Positions 1 to 10,933 are shown, counted from the first letter of the stretch. The stretch is DNA of 64,000 bases from Peptococcaceae bacterium (GCA_017656185.1 JACDOK010000008.1:2093-66092), one strand, 5' to 3'. Program-made: numbers and translations. The notes: generated by a model from the letters alone, not told the origin.

Positions 1-1013
1 TGGCAGTAGAAGGTCCAGGCAATCTTCATCGGCTGCAGTTCAAGAGCCCCTTCCCACAGTTCATTAAAAATGTTCTGAGCATCAAAGGGACCGTAGTAAT
101 CACCAACACCAGCGTGGTCACGGCCGACAATCAGATACCTGCAACCCCAGTTTTGACGGAAGACAGCGTGCAATAAGGCTTCACGCGGGCCACCGTAGCG
201 CATTTCCATCGGGTATACACCGACAGCAATGCTTTCTTGCGGGAAGTACTTCTCCGCCAAAACTTCGTAACACTTAACGCGAACTTCGCCCGGAATATCA
301 CCTTTTTTAAGTTTACCAACAATGGCGTGAATGAAGCACCCGTCTACAAAACCGCTTTCCAGGGCAAACTTGCAGAGGTACTCGTGGGAGCGGTGCATCG
401 GGTTACGAGTCTGGAAGGCCACTACACTGGACCAACCTTTTTCTTCAAACAGCTTACGGGCTTCCTCAGGATACAGGTAGTATTTAGGATATTTTTCTCT
501 ATATTTACCCTCGTTAATAACCTTAATTGGGCCGCCCATATTATACTCGCCCTGTGCCATAACCTTAGCTACACCAGGGTGTCCTTCAGCGTCTAAAGTT
601 TTAAATACCTCTTTACATTCCGCTTCTTTATCGTACGTGTAAATCTCTTCTACCTTCATTGTGGCATAAAGTTCGCCAGACTCTTTGTCATAAAGGGCAA
701 CTTCAGAACCTTCTTTGATCCCGGCCGCCTTTAGTTCGTTCTCAGTAATCGAAAGCGTTACCGGCATCGGCCACATCGTGCCGTCAGGAAGCTTCAGGTC
801 ATAAACACAACCCTGCCATTCGGCTTTGTTCATAAAGCCTCTCAGCGGGGTAAAAGCGCCAATGCCAAGCATCAAAACATCAGAAGTTTCACGCGAGCTC
901 ATGTACACCTTTGGCAGACTTTCAGCTTTTTTGATTTCAGCTTCTCTCTCCTCACCCTTAAGGAGCAAAGGCATAAGTTTTTTTTCGGGACCATGTGGAT
1001 TTGGTAGCGCCAT
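1..1013 (-). CDS. sat: sulfate adenylyltransferase (ATP sulfurylase), N-terminal ~337 codons; the gene runs off the left edge
   Basis: Absent from the ORF track because it is truncated. Hand translation of the minus strand from ATG at 1013 (AGGAGGGG SD upstream) gives MALPNPHGPEKKLMPLLLKGEE...VVAFQTRNPMHRSHEYL...LIVGRDHAGVGDYYGPFDAQ. These are the QTRNPxHRxHE and GRDHAG ATP-sulfurylase motifs. The frame stays open to position 1. Confidence 0.9.
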   Translation of the reverse strand, partial: MALPNPHGPEKKLMPLLLKGEEREAEIKKAESLPKVYMSSRETSDVLMLGIGAFTPLRGFMNKAEWQGCVYDLKLPDGTMWPMPVTLSITENELKAAGIKEGSEVALYDKESGELYATMKVEEIYTYDKEAECKEVFKTLDAEGHPGVAKVMAQGEYNMGGPIKVINEGKYREKYPKYYLYPEEARKLFEEKGWSSVVAFQTRNPMHRSHEYLCKFALESGFVDGCFIHAIVGKLKKGDIPGEVRVKCYEVLAEKYFPQESIAVGVYPMEMRYGGPREALLHAVFRQNWGCRYLIVGRDHAGVGDYYGPFDAQNIFNELWEGALELQPMKIAWTFYC

Positions 1014-1316
1014 GAAAATTTCCCCTCCTAAAAATAAATAGTTTAGTTATAAATACGGACTTTGTGACTAAGGGAACTAGATATCCTCTGAAAAGGATAT
1101 GTTCCCTTTTTCACACTATACCAAAACTTATCCAACAGCGTCAAGATATTTATCTATTGATCTACAAGTTCCAATATAAAACAGCTGAAGACCTCGTCAC
1201 CCCACCAGTAGTCAGCATGCACTTTAAGTTTATAATGCCCTTACTTACCGCTTATCTCAACCGTTTAAGCATGTTGATAACGTTGAATTGAATAATGTGC
1301 CTAAAGTCACGAAATG

Positions 1317-2537
1317 TTATTTCTCGTTTTCGTCCAACTTAAATTCCTCGTGACATACCTTTACAGCCTTATGTAAGTCCTCGAGCGCCACAACACACGA
1401 AACCTTAATTTCTGACGTGCTGATCATTTCGATATTCACTTGCTCCCTAGCTAACGCCTTAAACATTGCTGCTGCCACCCCGGGATGACTCACCATTCCG
1501 GCGCCAACGATGGAAACCTTGGCCAACCCCTCATCATGGGTATAACCTTTAGCTCCTACCTCGGGCTGAATCGCCGAGACCACCTTTAAAGCTTTGGAGA
1601 GATCATCGCGACTTACAGTAAAAGCAATGTCTTGTTTTCCGTTACGCGTGGCACCTTGAATAATCATGTCAACATTGATGTTCTCTTTTGCTAAAGCTTC
1701 AAAAATAATGGACGCAATGCCTGGGCGATCGTAAACATCAAACAGGCCAATTTTTGCTACATTAGCATCATAAGCTACACCGCTTACCACAGCAGCCCTT
1801 TCCATACTGCCAACCTCCTTGATTTCCGTACCCGGCTCCTTATTAAAACTCGATCTTACCACTAGAGACATATTGTAAAGTTTGGCTAATTCTACCGCCC
1901 TGGGATGCAACACTACAGCTCCCAGGCTTGCCAATTCCAGCATTTCATCATAGGAAACCATATCCAGCTTCCGCGCATCCGGTACTACACGCGGATCGGC
2001 TGTGTACACCCCATCCACATCAGTATATATCTCGCACAGATCCGCCTTCAAAGCCACCGCCAGAGCAACAGCCGTAGTGTCGGAACCCCCACGGCCTAAA
2101 GTATTGATCTCACCTTCTTCAGTTATACCCTGGAAGCCGGCGACAACGACTACCTGATCACGTGCAAGTTCAGCCTTCAAACGACGGGGATCAACGTCCA
2201 CTATTTTTGCCTTACCGTATTTACCGTCGGTTCTGATACCGGCCTGAGCACCTGTCAACCCAACAGCATTACAACCTAAATCCTTTAAAGCTATTACCAG
2301 AAGCGCAACTGAAACTTGTTCCCCGGTAGACAGCAGCATATCCATATCACGTTCCGCAGCGTTACTTGTTAATGTGCGGGCCAACGCGATAAGTTCATCG
2401 GTGGTGTCACCCATAGCCGAGACAACAACTACTACTTCGTGCCCATTTTGTTTGGTTTCGTAAACTCTTTGGGCAACGTTCTTAATCTTTTCCGCGTCAC
2501 CTACGGAACTCCCACCAAACTTTTGAACAACCAGCAT
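1317..2537 (-). CDS. aspartate kinase
   Basis: ORF track 1317..2552. MLVVQKFGGSSVG is the aspartokinase N-terminus and the C-terminus has ACT-like repeats. GGAGG lies 6 nt before the ATG at 2537, so the 5-codon upstream extension is unlikely. The gene is last in a hom-thrB-ask operon. Confidence 0.9.
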   Translation of the reverse strand: MLVVQKFGGSSVGDAEKIKNVAQRVYETKQNGHEVVVVVSAMGDTTDELIALARTLTSNAAERDMDMLLSTGEQVSVALLVIALKDLGCNAVGLTGAQAGIRTDGKYGKAKIVDVDPRRLKAELARDQVVVVAGFQGITEEGEINTLGRGGSDTTAVALAVALKADLCEIYTDVDGVYTADPRVVPDARKLDMVSYDEMLELASLGAVVLHPRAVELAKLYNMSLVVRSSFNKEPGTEIKEVGSMERAAVVSGVAYDANVAKIGLFDVYDRPGIASIIFEALAKENINVDMIIQGATRNGKQDIAFTVSRDDLSKALKVVSAIQPEVGAKGYTHDEGLAKVSIVGAGMVSHPGVAAAMFKALAREQVNIEMISTSEIKVSCVVALEDLHKAVKVCHEEFKLDENEK

Positions 2538-2566
2538 TACTTTCCTCCACATTTCCTCCTAATATT

Positions 2567-3478
2567 TCAAATTACAACAGCACCACTGGTATCCGGGGCT
2601 AAAGTAAAAACCCGTGCTTTAATTCCTTCGGTTTCAAATACCCGGAGCATTACATCTCCTACCCGGTTACTATCATCCCGGTTCCGGCATAACGCGATTA
2701 AAGTCGGACCTGCGCCGCTGAGAGCTACTCCCAAAGCTCCAGCGGCAGTAGCCTCCACCAAAGCTTTATCCATACCGGCGATCAGCCGCCGGCGATACGG
2801 CTGATGCAGTACATCCTGCATAGCGGTGCGTAAAAACTCCGTGCGCCCTGTGGACAACGCACCTACTAGAAGACATGCTCTCCCAATATTGTAAACAGCG
2901 TCCTGAAACGCGACGTGCGAGGGCAGAATCTCTCGCACCATATTTGTAGGCAAATGAAATTCAGGAACCAAAGCCACTACTTGTACCGCGGGTGGAGCAA
3001 ATGGAAAAACCTCCACGCCTGTTTCGGTCGGCACCGAGATAACGACGCCTCCGAAAAGTGCTGCACCTACGTTGTCGGGATGCCCTTCCAGAAAATTAAC
3101 CAGGTTGAGCAACTCCTTACGGGACAAATTGTTCCCGGACAACGCGTTAGCCGCTACTACCCCGCCAACTAAAGCTGCCGCGCTGGATCCTAATCCTCTG
3201 GCCAATGGAATTTGGTTAACCAGCACAATATGCAGACCGGGTGGCTCTACCTGAACTTTATCAAAAACAGCTTTTGCCGCCCGGAATACAAGATTAGTGT
3301 CATCGAGAGGTATTTCGTCCTTCCCCTCGCCGATAACCGTTATTTCCAAGCCGTTAGGCAAATACTCCATATGTACGGTGTTATAGAGACTGAGAGCCAT
3401 CCCCAGGCAATCAAATCCGGGTCCCAAGTTGGCCGTGGAAGCAGGTACGCGTACCTCCACCAAACTGAGCCCCTCCAT
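2567..3478 (-). CDS. thrB: homoserine kinase
   Basis: 303 aa with GHMP-kinase motifs PASTANLGPGFDCLGMAL and PLARGLGSSAAA. Sits between hom and the aspartokinase. Confidence 0.92.
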   Translation of the reverse strand: MEGLSLVEVRVPASTANLGPGFDCLGMALSLYNTVHMEYLPNGLEITVIGEGKDEIPLDDTNLVFRAAKAVFDKVQVEPPGLHIVLVNQIPLARGLGSSAAALVGGVVAANALSGNNLSRKELLNLVNFLEGHPDNVGAALFGGVVISVPTETGVEVFPFAPPAVQVVALVPEFHLPTNMVREILPSHVAFQDAVYNIGRACLLVGALSTGRTEFLRTAMQDVLHQPYRRRLIAGMDKALVEATAAGALGVALSGAGPTLIALCRNRDDSNRVGDVMLRVFETEGIKARVFTLAPDTSGAVVI

Positions 3479-3492
3479 TTATCATAAATACG

Positions 3493-4809
3493 CTAGCTGT
3501 TCCCCTCGCCCTCTACTCTGATAACATTGCATATTTTTTCGACTACGGGAAGCAGCTCCAGCGATGCCAAGGCACTACGCAGGCTTTGCTCAACAACATC
3601 GTGGGTAACCAACACCAACTCTGCCTTTTTATTTACAGTTTCTTTCTGGATAACGGTAGCAAGACTAACGTTATTATCTCCGAATACCTGAGCGATTTGT
3701 GCCAGTACCCCCGGCTTGTCAACTACCTTCAGGCGCAAGTAGTTTTTGTTTACAACCTGAGCCATTGATTTTATTGATCGTGTTTCGTAACAGGTACACC
3801 CGATCATCCCCGGCACGTGATGGCGGAAGTTCCGAGCAGCATCCATTATATCTGCCATTACAGCACTGGCCGTGGGCATTTCACCGGCTCCACGACCGTA
3901 AAACATTGTTTCACCCACAGCGTCCCCTTGAACAAAAACAGCATTAAAAGCATCATTAACAGCTGCCAATGGGTGAGTCACCGGCAACAGGGCGGGATGT
4001 ACCCTTACCTCGATTCCCTGAGAAGTATCCTTGGCAATACCCAAAAGTTTTATCGTGTAGCCCAATTCCCTGGCATAGGTGATATCCTCGGCGGCAATAT
4101 TGCTAATACCTTCGACATAAACATCCTGGAACGATACACGCGTGTTAAAGGCAATAGAGGCCAAAATCGCTATTTTGCGGGCAGCATCATAACCCTCAAT
4201 ATCATTAGTGGGATCAGCCTCAGCATATCCCTGTTCTTGAGCAGCCCTCAAGGCAGTAGCAAAATCTATTCCCTCTTTGCTCATACGTGTCAACATATAG
4301 TTGGTAGTTCCATTTACAATTCCCATAATCTGCAGGATACGATTACCGGCCAAGCTTTGTTTCAAAACTTTAATGATCGGAATGCCACCGGCGACAGAAG
4401 CTTCAAAAAAGAGACCGCAGTTATGAGCTTCCGCCTCGGCAAACAGTTTTTTACCATATTCGGCCATCATATCCTTGTTGGCTGTCACTACGCTTTTGCC
4501 CCGGGATAGGGCCTTTAAAACATAATCCGCAGCAAGACCGGTCCCACCGATTAATTCTACAATAATATCAATCTCGGGATCATTCAATACGGCTTCCGGA
4601 TCATTGGTCAGCAGTCCGGGCTCAACCTGTAAACCTCTATTTTTGGCAAGGTCACGGACCAAAATCTTCTTGATATCAACCGGTCCCCCCACCTTGCGTT
4701 CAATAAGCGATTTATTGGCCTGTAAAAGACGGAAGACACCACGTCCAACTGTCCCCAAACCCAGCAAACCTATATAAATTGGTTTTCCGGACATATTTTC
4801 ATCTCCCAT
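3493..4809 (-). CDS. hom: homoserine dehydrogenase
   Basis: 438 aa with NAD-binding IGLLGLGTVGRGV and a C-terminal ACT-like regulatory domain. Adjacent to thrB. The start could instead be the second ATG (MSGKP). Confidence 0.9.
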   Translation of the reverse strand: MGDENMSGKPIYIGLLGLGTVGRGVFRLLQANKSLIERKVGGPVDIKKILVRDLAKNRGLQVEPGLLTNDPEAVLNDPEIDIIVELIGGTGLAADYVLKALSRGKSVVTANKDMMAEYGKKLFAEAEAHNCGLFFEASVAGGIPIIKVLKQSLAGNRILQIMGIVNGTTNYMLTRMSKEGIDFATALRAAQEQGYAEADPTNDIEGYDAARKIAILASIAFNTRVSFQDVYVEGISNIAAEDITYARELGYTIKLLGIAKDTSQGIEVRVHPALLPVTHPLAAVNDAFNAVFVQGDAVGETMFYGRGAGEMPTASAVMADIMDAARNFRHHVPGMIGCTCYETRSIKSMAQVVNKNYLRLKVVDKPGVLAQIAQVFGDNNVSLATVIQKETVNKKAELVLVTHDVVEQSLRSALASLELLPVVEKICNVIRVEGEGNS

Positions 4810-4989
4810 ATCCTACCTCTGATCCTCCTAGCGGCAATAAATGCACTATTCGCTGGTTTGAAGTCATTCTCCTGCCCTCAACTCAATTTTACCTTTTTAG
4901 TCAGTTCAAATATCCGAAAAGTTCCATTTCGGTCCCAAACGCACCTGTATTGCTTATCGCTACAAAATAAGCATCTAAAGAATAGTAAA

Positions 4990-5022
4990 CCGTGTCCCTA
5001 ACTAGTTTTCCTAAGGACACGG
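4990..5022 (-). terminator. hairpin downstream of the coiled-coil gene (putative intrinsic terminator)
   Basis: Minus strand reads CCGTGTCC-ttaggaaaactagtta-GGACACGG followed by TTTACTATTCTTT, starting 40 nt after the stop at 5062. Confidence 0.5.
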
Positions 5023-5061
5023 ATTTTGGTATTCAGGATTATCAGCGGCTTTTTATCAATC

Positions 5062-6444
5062 CTAACGGTTTACCAAGACACTCAGCTTGGCAACCCATCG
5101 TACCAAAGGATGTCTTAATTTTTTTTCTAACCGGCGGTATTCCTCACGGGTACGCCTTAGTTCATGCTGCAGAAAACGCACCGAACGCTGTAGATCTTCT
5201 CCCGCTTCCAGAGACTCTTTTAGATCTGTTTGCAGGCGATCAATATCTTCTTCCCATACTTTCGCTTTCCGTTCCGCATTCTCCTGACATTTAGTCAGCT
5301 TATTCTTAAGTTCTATAATCTCGCCTTGCAGCTCTGCCACTTTGGTACTGTGGTTTTCTTTTAGTTCGGCCATTTTGGCCTGGCTTACACGATACTTCTC
5401 CTTGTATTCCTGCAGTTTAGTGAACATGGTTTCAAGGTTGCGTTGAGCGGCATCCAACGCTTCACGAAGTCTCTCATTTTCCGCTTCACCATCACGGGCA
5501 CGCTGCACCCAAAGACGGCACTGGTGGAGGATGCTGTTGGCCTTTGATTCAAGTTTTCTTACTTGTTCCTGGTAGTGGAGAATTTCCTTCTTGCGGAGTG
5601 ATAATAATAAGTCTTTTTCAGAAAGCTGAGTGGCCAATTGGTCGTATTGCTGCTTGAATACACTTTGCTGGGCAAGTGCTGCCGCTGCTTCTTTTTGTGC
5701 TGATATTGCTTCATTTACCTGTGTCTTAAGACGCTGGTACTTTTGCTGCCACTGATTTCTTTCCGAGTGCCAACGCTTCTTTTGTTCGCGCAAAATTCCT
5801 AAATATTTCTTCATGATGTCGTCATATACACGGTGTACCTTGTGATTATATGTCCATAAATTATCACTATATTTCTCAAAATAAGGAAAATTATGCAGAA
5901 TGACTTCTACGGAGGCTTCCGTAGTTGGCCGCCAGTTGTTAACCACACTAACGATTTGCGGTAAGGATAACCCTCCCGGGTGCAGTCGAAAAACCTTAAT
6001 AACCAAGTATTTTAACGGATATTGGGCTGCGTCAACATCCCATTCGGTAAGTCCCCACGTGCCATTGTCCAACTGAATAAAGCGCCCATCCGAAATTAAG
6101 TTGCCTTCTTGCGCAATCATGCGCCGTAATCTCTTCTTCTTGCCCTGACTCGATTTATATACATCCCAGAGGCTCATTGGAGCCCCCTTTTTCAGCAACT
6201 GGTGATAAAATTGATTGTTCTCTTTGTTACCCTCCATATTTAAACACCAAAGGCCTTGTTCATTCTGGTAAAAGCATTCGTGCTGCTGCAAACATAAATT
6301 CACCTTTTGTTCAACCTGCTCCAGCGTATAATCTTGCAGCATTTTACGACGTACATAGGGAGCAAGATCCTTGGCCGACATCGCTTCGAAAAAGTAAAGA
6401 GTACGCTTGAGTACATCAGTTAAAGAGTGTAAATTACCGTTCAT
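5062..6444 (-). CDS. hypothetical protein: N-terminal repeated winged-helix (HARE-HTH-like) modules plus a ~250-aa C-terminal coiled coil
   Basis: 460-aa ORF with a GGGGGAAGGTG SD. DGRFIQLDNGTWGLTEW resembles the RpoE-delta/HARE-HTH signature (DGRFxxLGxxxWGLRxW). The C-terminal half is heptad-rich and charged (EKDLLLSLRKKEILHYQEQVRKLESK...). Confidence 0.6.
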   Translation of the reverse strand: MNGNLHSLTDVLKRTLYFFEAMSAKDLAPYVRRKMLQDYTLEQVEQKVNLCLQQHECFYQNEQGLWCLNMEGNKENNQFYHQLLKKGAPMSLWDVYKSSQGKKKRLRRMIAQEGNLISDGRFIQLDNGTWGLTEWDVDAAQYPLKYLVIKVFRLHPGGLSLPQIVSVVNNWRPTTEASVEVILHNFPYFEKYSDNLWTYNHKVHRVYDDIMKKYLGILREQKKRWHSERNQWQQKYQRLKTQVNEAISAQKEAAAALAQQSVFKQQYDQLATQLSEKDLLLSLRKKEILHYQEQVRKLESKANSILHQCRLWVQRARDGEAENERLREALDAAQRNLETMFTKLQEYKEKYRVSQAKMAELKENHSTKVAELQGEIIELKNKLTKCQENAERKAKVWEEDIDRLQTDLKESLEAGEDLQRSVRFLQHELRRTREEYRRLEKKLRHPLVRWVAKLSVLVNR

Positions 6445-6573
6445 CTAGTTGATCACCTTCCCCCTGACAAACAGAACTTACATATAATACCATGTCTATT
6501 CCCTGTTTTTTCCATTTCTCCTGCAGGAAGAAGGTATTTTATTTAACCTTTTTTCTTTCACGCTTCTACATTT

Positions 6574-8143
<1,570 letters not shown>

Positions 8144-8147
8144 TCAT

Positions 8148-8375
8148 TCAATCCTGCCCCATTACAGAGTCAAGGCCGAACCGCATAAAGTGGTCACGCA
8201 AGTGTCCTATAACACTGCTGGGAACACCAAACATCCGGGCCATCTCTTCATCCGAGAGGTCGTTTTTCAGACTCTCAATAAAGGCATCGAAATTAATACC
8301 TACTTCATCTGTTTTCAGTTTTAAACTGGGTTTGGTACTCCAAGGAACTCTGGACCATATTTCTTTATGAGTCAT
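8148..8375 (-). CDS. small hypothetical protein with a putative helix-turn-helix
   Basis: 75-aa ORF. LSDEEMARMFGVPSSVIGHLRDHF looks like an HTH. I recognise no family. Confidence 0.45.
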   Translation of the reverse strand: MTHKEIWSRVPWSTKPSLKLKTDEVGINFDAFIESLKNDLSDEEMARMFGVPSSVIGHLRDHFMRFGLDSVMGQD

Positions 8376-8421
8376 TATGCCATCAACTCCTTGGTTTAAT
8401 AGTGTGGCTGGTACTGAAATT

Positions 8422-8901
8422 TTAATACGGAACTTCGGGTTGTTTTCTTTTGGCTTCGAGGTAAATTACAATATTTTCCCCTAAATATATCACGCGGGTG
8501 TAGAGTTGATATAACTTCCCCTCTACTTCTACAATTCTCTCATTAACAATTTGGTATATCATTTGATGATTAAGGCTGTTTACTTCCTGCCCATACAAGG
8601 GATCCAACCATTGCTTTACCTTCTTTTCCATCTCCAAACGAGCCGTTTGTTTTTCCAACTTCGTCAGGTTATCAGAAAATTTAATATTAACCTTGATACT
8701 AGTAACCGTTTGCTGATGGCGATTGGCAATATTCTTCTCAAGTTCGGCGATTTGCTGTTCGGCAGCACCAATTTCTTCCTTAAGAGTCTGAACCCGAAAT
8801 ATTAACTGATCGATTTGCCCTCCCAAGTATACCGTCATCCCTGTACCCCCCACCAGCAAACCTAAAATAAACGGCGCCAGGAGACGAAGAATTGATTTCA
8901 C
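8422..8901 (-). CDS. ytrI: sporulation membrane protein YtrI-like
   Basis: 159 aa with an N-terminal TM helix then a coiled segment. It overlaps the upstream ytrH-like gene by 4 nt, and size and order match B. subtilis ytrH-ytrI. Confidence 0.55.
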   Translation of the reverse strand: MKSILRLLAPFILGLLVGGTGMTVYLGGQIDQLIFRVQTLKEEIGAAEQQIAELEKNIANRHQQTVTSIKVNIKFSDNLTKLEKQTARLEMEKKVKQWLDPLYGQEVNSLNHQMIYQIVNERIVEVEGKLYQLYTRVIYLGENIVIYLEAKRKQPEVPY

Positions 8902-9224
8902 TTATTACCACCTGTTAACGTCAAAATGACAAAATAACTAAGTTGTGCCCCGGCAAGGCTGCTTAAAACATAACAAAACTGCCTCACTACCGCTTTAATT
9001 TCCCCTTGAAAAAGCCCGGATTCGAAAGCCTCAAAGGTTGAAAAGGTTCCACCGATAGCGGCTACAATGGCCCATATCTTGATTTCCTGTGCCAGCTTTA
9101 ACATCGTAGCAATAGGAGGTTCGCGCACCAAGGCCGCACCCAACGCCCCAATCAATGCCGCTCCCAACAGCGTCCCACAAGCAGTAAAAAAAACCACAAT
9201 TAACTTCTGCGCAAAACCTTCCAT
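8898..9224 (-). CDS. ytrH: sporulation protein YtrH-like (small polytopic membrane protein)
   Basis: 108 aa, Gly/Ala-rich TM helices (FFTACGTLLGAALIGALGAAL), paired with the ytrI-like gene. Confidence 0.55.
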   Translation of the reverse strand: MEGFAQKLIVVFFTACGTLLGAALIGALGAALVREPPIATMLKLAQEIKIWAIVAAIGGTFSTFEAFESGLFQGEIKAVVRQFCYVLSSLAGAQLSYFVILTLTGGNK

Positions 9225-9316
9225 ATTTATAAAACCATCCTCCCGGAAGTCTCTTCCTATTCTATGCCACCCCCTTTGCTAAAAATTACTACCTGCCTTT
9301 CACGTCGGCATACGTA

Positions 9317-9347
9317 AAGAGCTCCGGAATATTCACCCGGAGCTCTT
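9317..9347 (-). terminator. hairpin after kamA (weak U-tract)
   Basis: AAGAGCTCCGG-9 nt-CCGGAGCTCTT, an 11-bp perfect stem 7 nt after the stop. Only two U residues follow. Confidence 0.4.
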
Positions 9348-9353
9348 AAACCG

Positions 9354-10616
9354 CTAGACTTTGTCAGGATAATCTATGACCCTGTTTTCCCATGTCCGTA
9401 AAACAATTTTTCCCGGTTTACGCTTTTTGACGTATTCAGGCGTTACCGGAGTTTTACCATAACCACCTGGCGCGTTAATAATATAGGTAGGAACGGCCAA
9501 CCCTGACGTGTAGCCCCGTAAATGTTCCATAATCTTCAAGCCTTCATCCACCGGCGTAATAAAATGTTTTGTCCCCTTAACTTGTTTGGCATGGAAAATG
9601 TAGTACGGTCGAACACGAATCTTCAACAATTCATGATTTAGCTTTTTCATCACATGCGGGTCATTGTTGACACCCCTTAAAAGTACGGCCTGATTCCCCA
9701 GCACTACTCCGGCCTTAATCAACATGTCACAGGCCCGAGCTGCCTCCTCAGTCACCTCTAACGGGTGATTAAACTGGGTGTTAATATATACCGGTGGATG
9801 TTTAGCCAGTACGGCACACAGTTCCGGAGTAATCCTCTGAGGTAGGGTAACAAGGGTGCGTGTTCCTAAGCGTTTAATCTCAACGTGTTCTATGGCATCA
9901 AGTTCTCCAAGCAGCCAATCGATCTGATCATCTTTTAGCATTAAAGCGTCTCCACCGGTAATAAGCACGTCACGTATTTCCGGGTTGGAACGGATATAAT
10001 CTAGAGCCCCCTCCAAAACTTCTTGGGATTGGTGGGTATCGATTTCGCCAATATTACGGCGTCTCTGGCAGTGCCGGCAGTACATGGCACACTGGTTGGT
10101 AACATTGATAATTAATCGATCAGGATAGCGGCGAGTTATGCCCGGTACCGGTGAAGTCAATTCTTCTTTCATCGGGTCTAAATCACCCTCAGTATCTTCT
10201 AGTTCTTCACCTGCGGGTACAGCCTGTCTCCAAAGTGGACCATCAACCCCACCGACTACAACCAGACAAGTGTAATAAGGAGAAATAGCCCACCGGAATG
10301 ACGCACTTACCTTCTTGATAGCGTCCTTTCGTTCCTCATCCAAATCCACTATCTTCGCTAACAGGTCCACATTTCTAATGCGGTTACGAAGCTGCCATCT
10401 CCAATCATTCCAATCTGCATCTGTTGCCTTTAAAAGACCCATCAAGCGTTTCTTTACCTTATTAATTTCATCGCGGCATTTGAAACCGGTCGGGATCTTT
10501 TCCTTTGCTTCTAAAAAATCACTGATCCTGTCCCGTAGCTCACGGGCCCTTTTTTGGGAAATCCGCCGCTTTTCATCCGGTGTAAGAATTGTCGCATCAA
10601 TATCATTAATGGCCAT
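9354..10616 (-). CDS. kamA: L-lysine 2,3-aminomutase (KamA-family radical SAM enzyme)
   Basis: 420 aa with the radical-SAM cluster motif CAMYCRHCQRRR. The length fits KamA/AblA rather than the shorter EpmB. Confidence 0.88.
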   Translation of the reverse strand: MAINDIDATILTPDEKRRISQKRARELRDRISDFLEAKEKIPTGFKCRDEINKVKKRLMGLLKATDADWNDWRWQLRNRIRNVDLLAKIVDLDEERKDAIKKVSASFRWAISPYYTCLVVVGGVDGPLWRQAVPAGEELEDTEGDLDPMKEELTSPVPGITRRYPDRLIINVTNQCAMYCRHCQRRRNIGEIDTHQSQEVLEGALDYIRSNPEIRDVLITGGDALMLKDDQIDWLLGELDAIEHVEIKRLGTRTLVTLPQRITPELCAVLAKHPPVYINTQFNHPLEVTEEAARACDMLIKAGVVLGNQAVLLRGVNNDPHVMKKLNHELLKIRVRPYYIFHAKQVKGTKHFITPVDEGLKIMEHLRGYTSGLAVPTYIINAPGGYGKTPVTPEYVKKRKPGKIVLRTWENRVIDYPDKV

Positions 10617-10684
10617 TTTTAAACCTTCCCTCCTTTAATTGTAATTTAAACTATAAAACAGCCAGCATATTCATTAGGTTATAC

Positions 10685-10715
10685 ATATTAAAACCCCGAG
10701 TTCTGCTCGGGGTTT
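10685..10715 (-). terminator. intrinsic terminator acting as the expression platform of the c-di-AMP riboswitch
   Basis: Minus strand AAACCCCGAG-cagaa-CTCGGGGTTTT, located between the aptamer and the kamA SD. Confidence 0.8.
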
Positions 10716-10770
10716 AGGAATAAACGAAAAAACACCCTCTCTACTGCCTAGGTAATTACAAGATGGAATG

Positions 10771-10900
10771 CCTTTAACGCTTACGGGGTTAGCTGACGGG
10801 TTCGGATAAAGGCAATTACCCTACCAGCTGCCGAAGCACCTGGATTCACCCCTTTGGTTAATGGGTCCCCCGTTTCTCATGATAAGAGAACTCAGCGAAA
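10771..10900 (-). promoter_or_regulatory. cyclic-di-AMP riboswitch (ydaO/yuaA class)
   Basis: Minus strand reads CGCUGAG...ACGGGGGACCCAUUAACCAAAGGGGUGAAUCCAGG...GGUAGGG...AUCCGAACCCGUCAGCUAACCCCGUAAGCGUUAAAGG. This matches the conserved blocks of the ydaO motif as I remember them (GGGGACCCA, GGGGUGAAUCC, CCGAAnCCGnCAGCUAACCnCGUAAGCGU). Confidence 0.88.
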
Positions 10901-10933
10901 TCTATTTATTTTGCTTATGTAATTATATGTATA

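Noticed and set aside
1064-1291. A 75-aa plus-strand ORF in the ask-sat intergenic region.
   Set aside because: It has no SD, odd composition, and spans a strong hairpin and promoter-like AT-rich DNA. It is most likely non-coding leader or promoter sequence for sat.
3817-4509. A 230-aa plus-strand ORF. The same applies to other long antisense ORFs: 16352-16825, 21503-21928, 49483-50037, 56668-57195 and 60770-61219.
   Set aside because: Each lies entirely antisense to a minus-strand gene with unmistakable family motifs (hom, nfu/rny leader, accD, dxs/oapA, accC, spoIIIAG). Their translations are low-complexity with no recognisable motifs or SD. They are typical shadow ORFs.
4810-4989. A possible T-box, Thr-attenuator or riboswitch in the hom-thrB-ask leader.
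   Set aside because: Only short hairpins are present (GCTTAT...ATAAGC, CCGAAA...TTTCGG). I could find no T-box sequence, no Thr/Ile-rich leader peptide and no clear terminator/antiterminator pair. The evidence is insufficient.
9225-9316. A sigma-E-like promoter upstream of ytrH (CATAGAAT as a -10 element).
   Set aside because: The -10-like element has no convincing -35 (kmATAww) at the expected spacing. The match is too weak to report as a feature.
10771-10900. My first impression was a lysine (L-box), SAM-I (the CTCTTATCATGAGA opening) or cobalamin riboswitch upstream of kamA.
   Set aside because: The L-box, SAM-I and B12-box core sequences I remember are absent. All the conserved blocks match the ydaO/c-di-AMP class instead.
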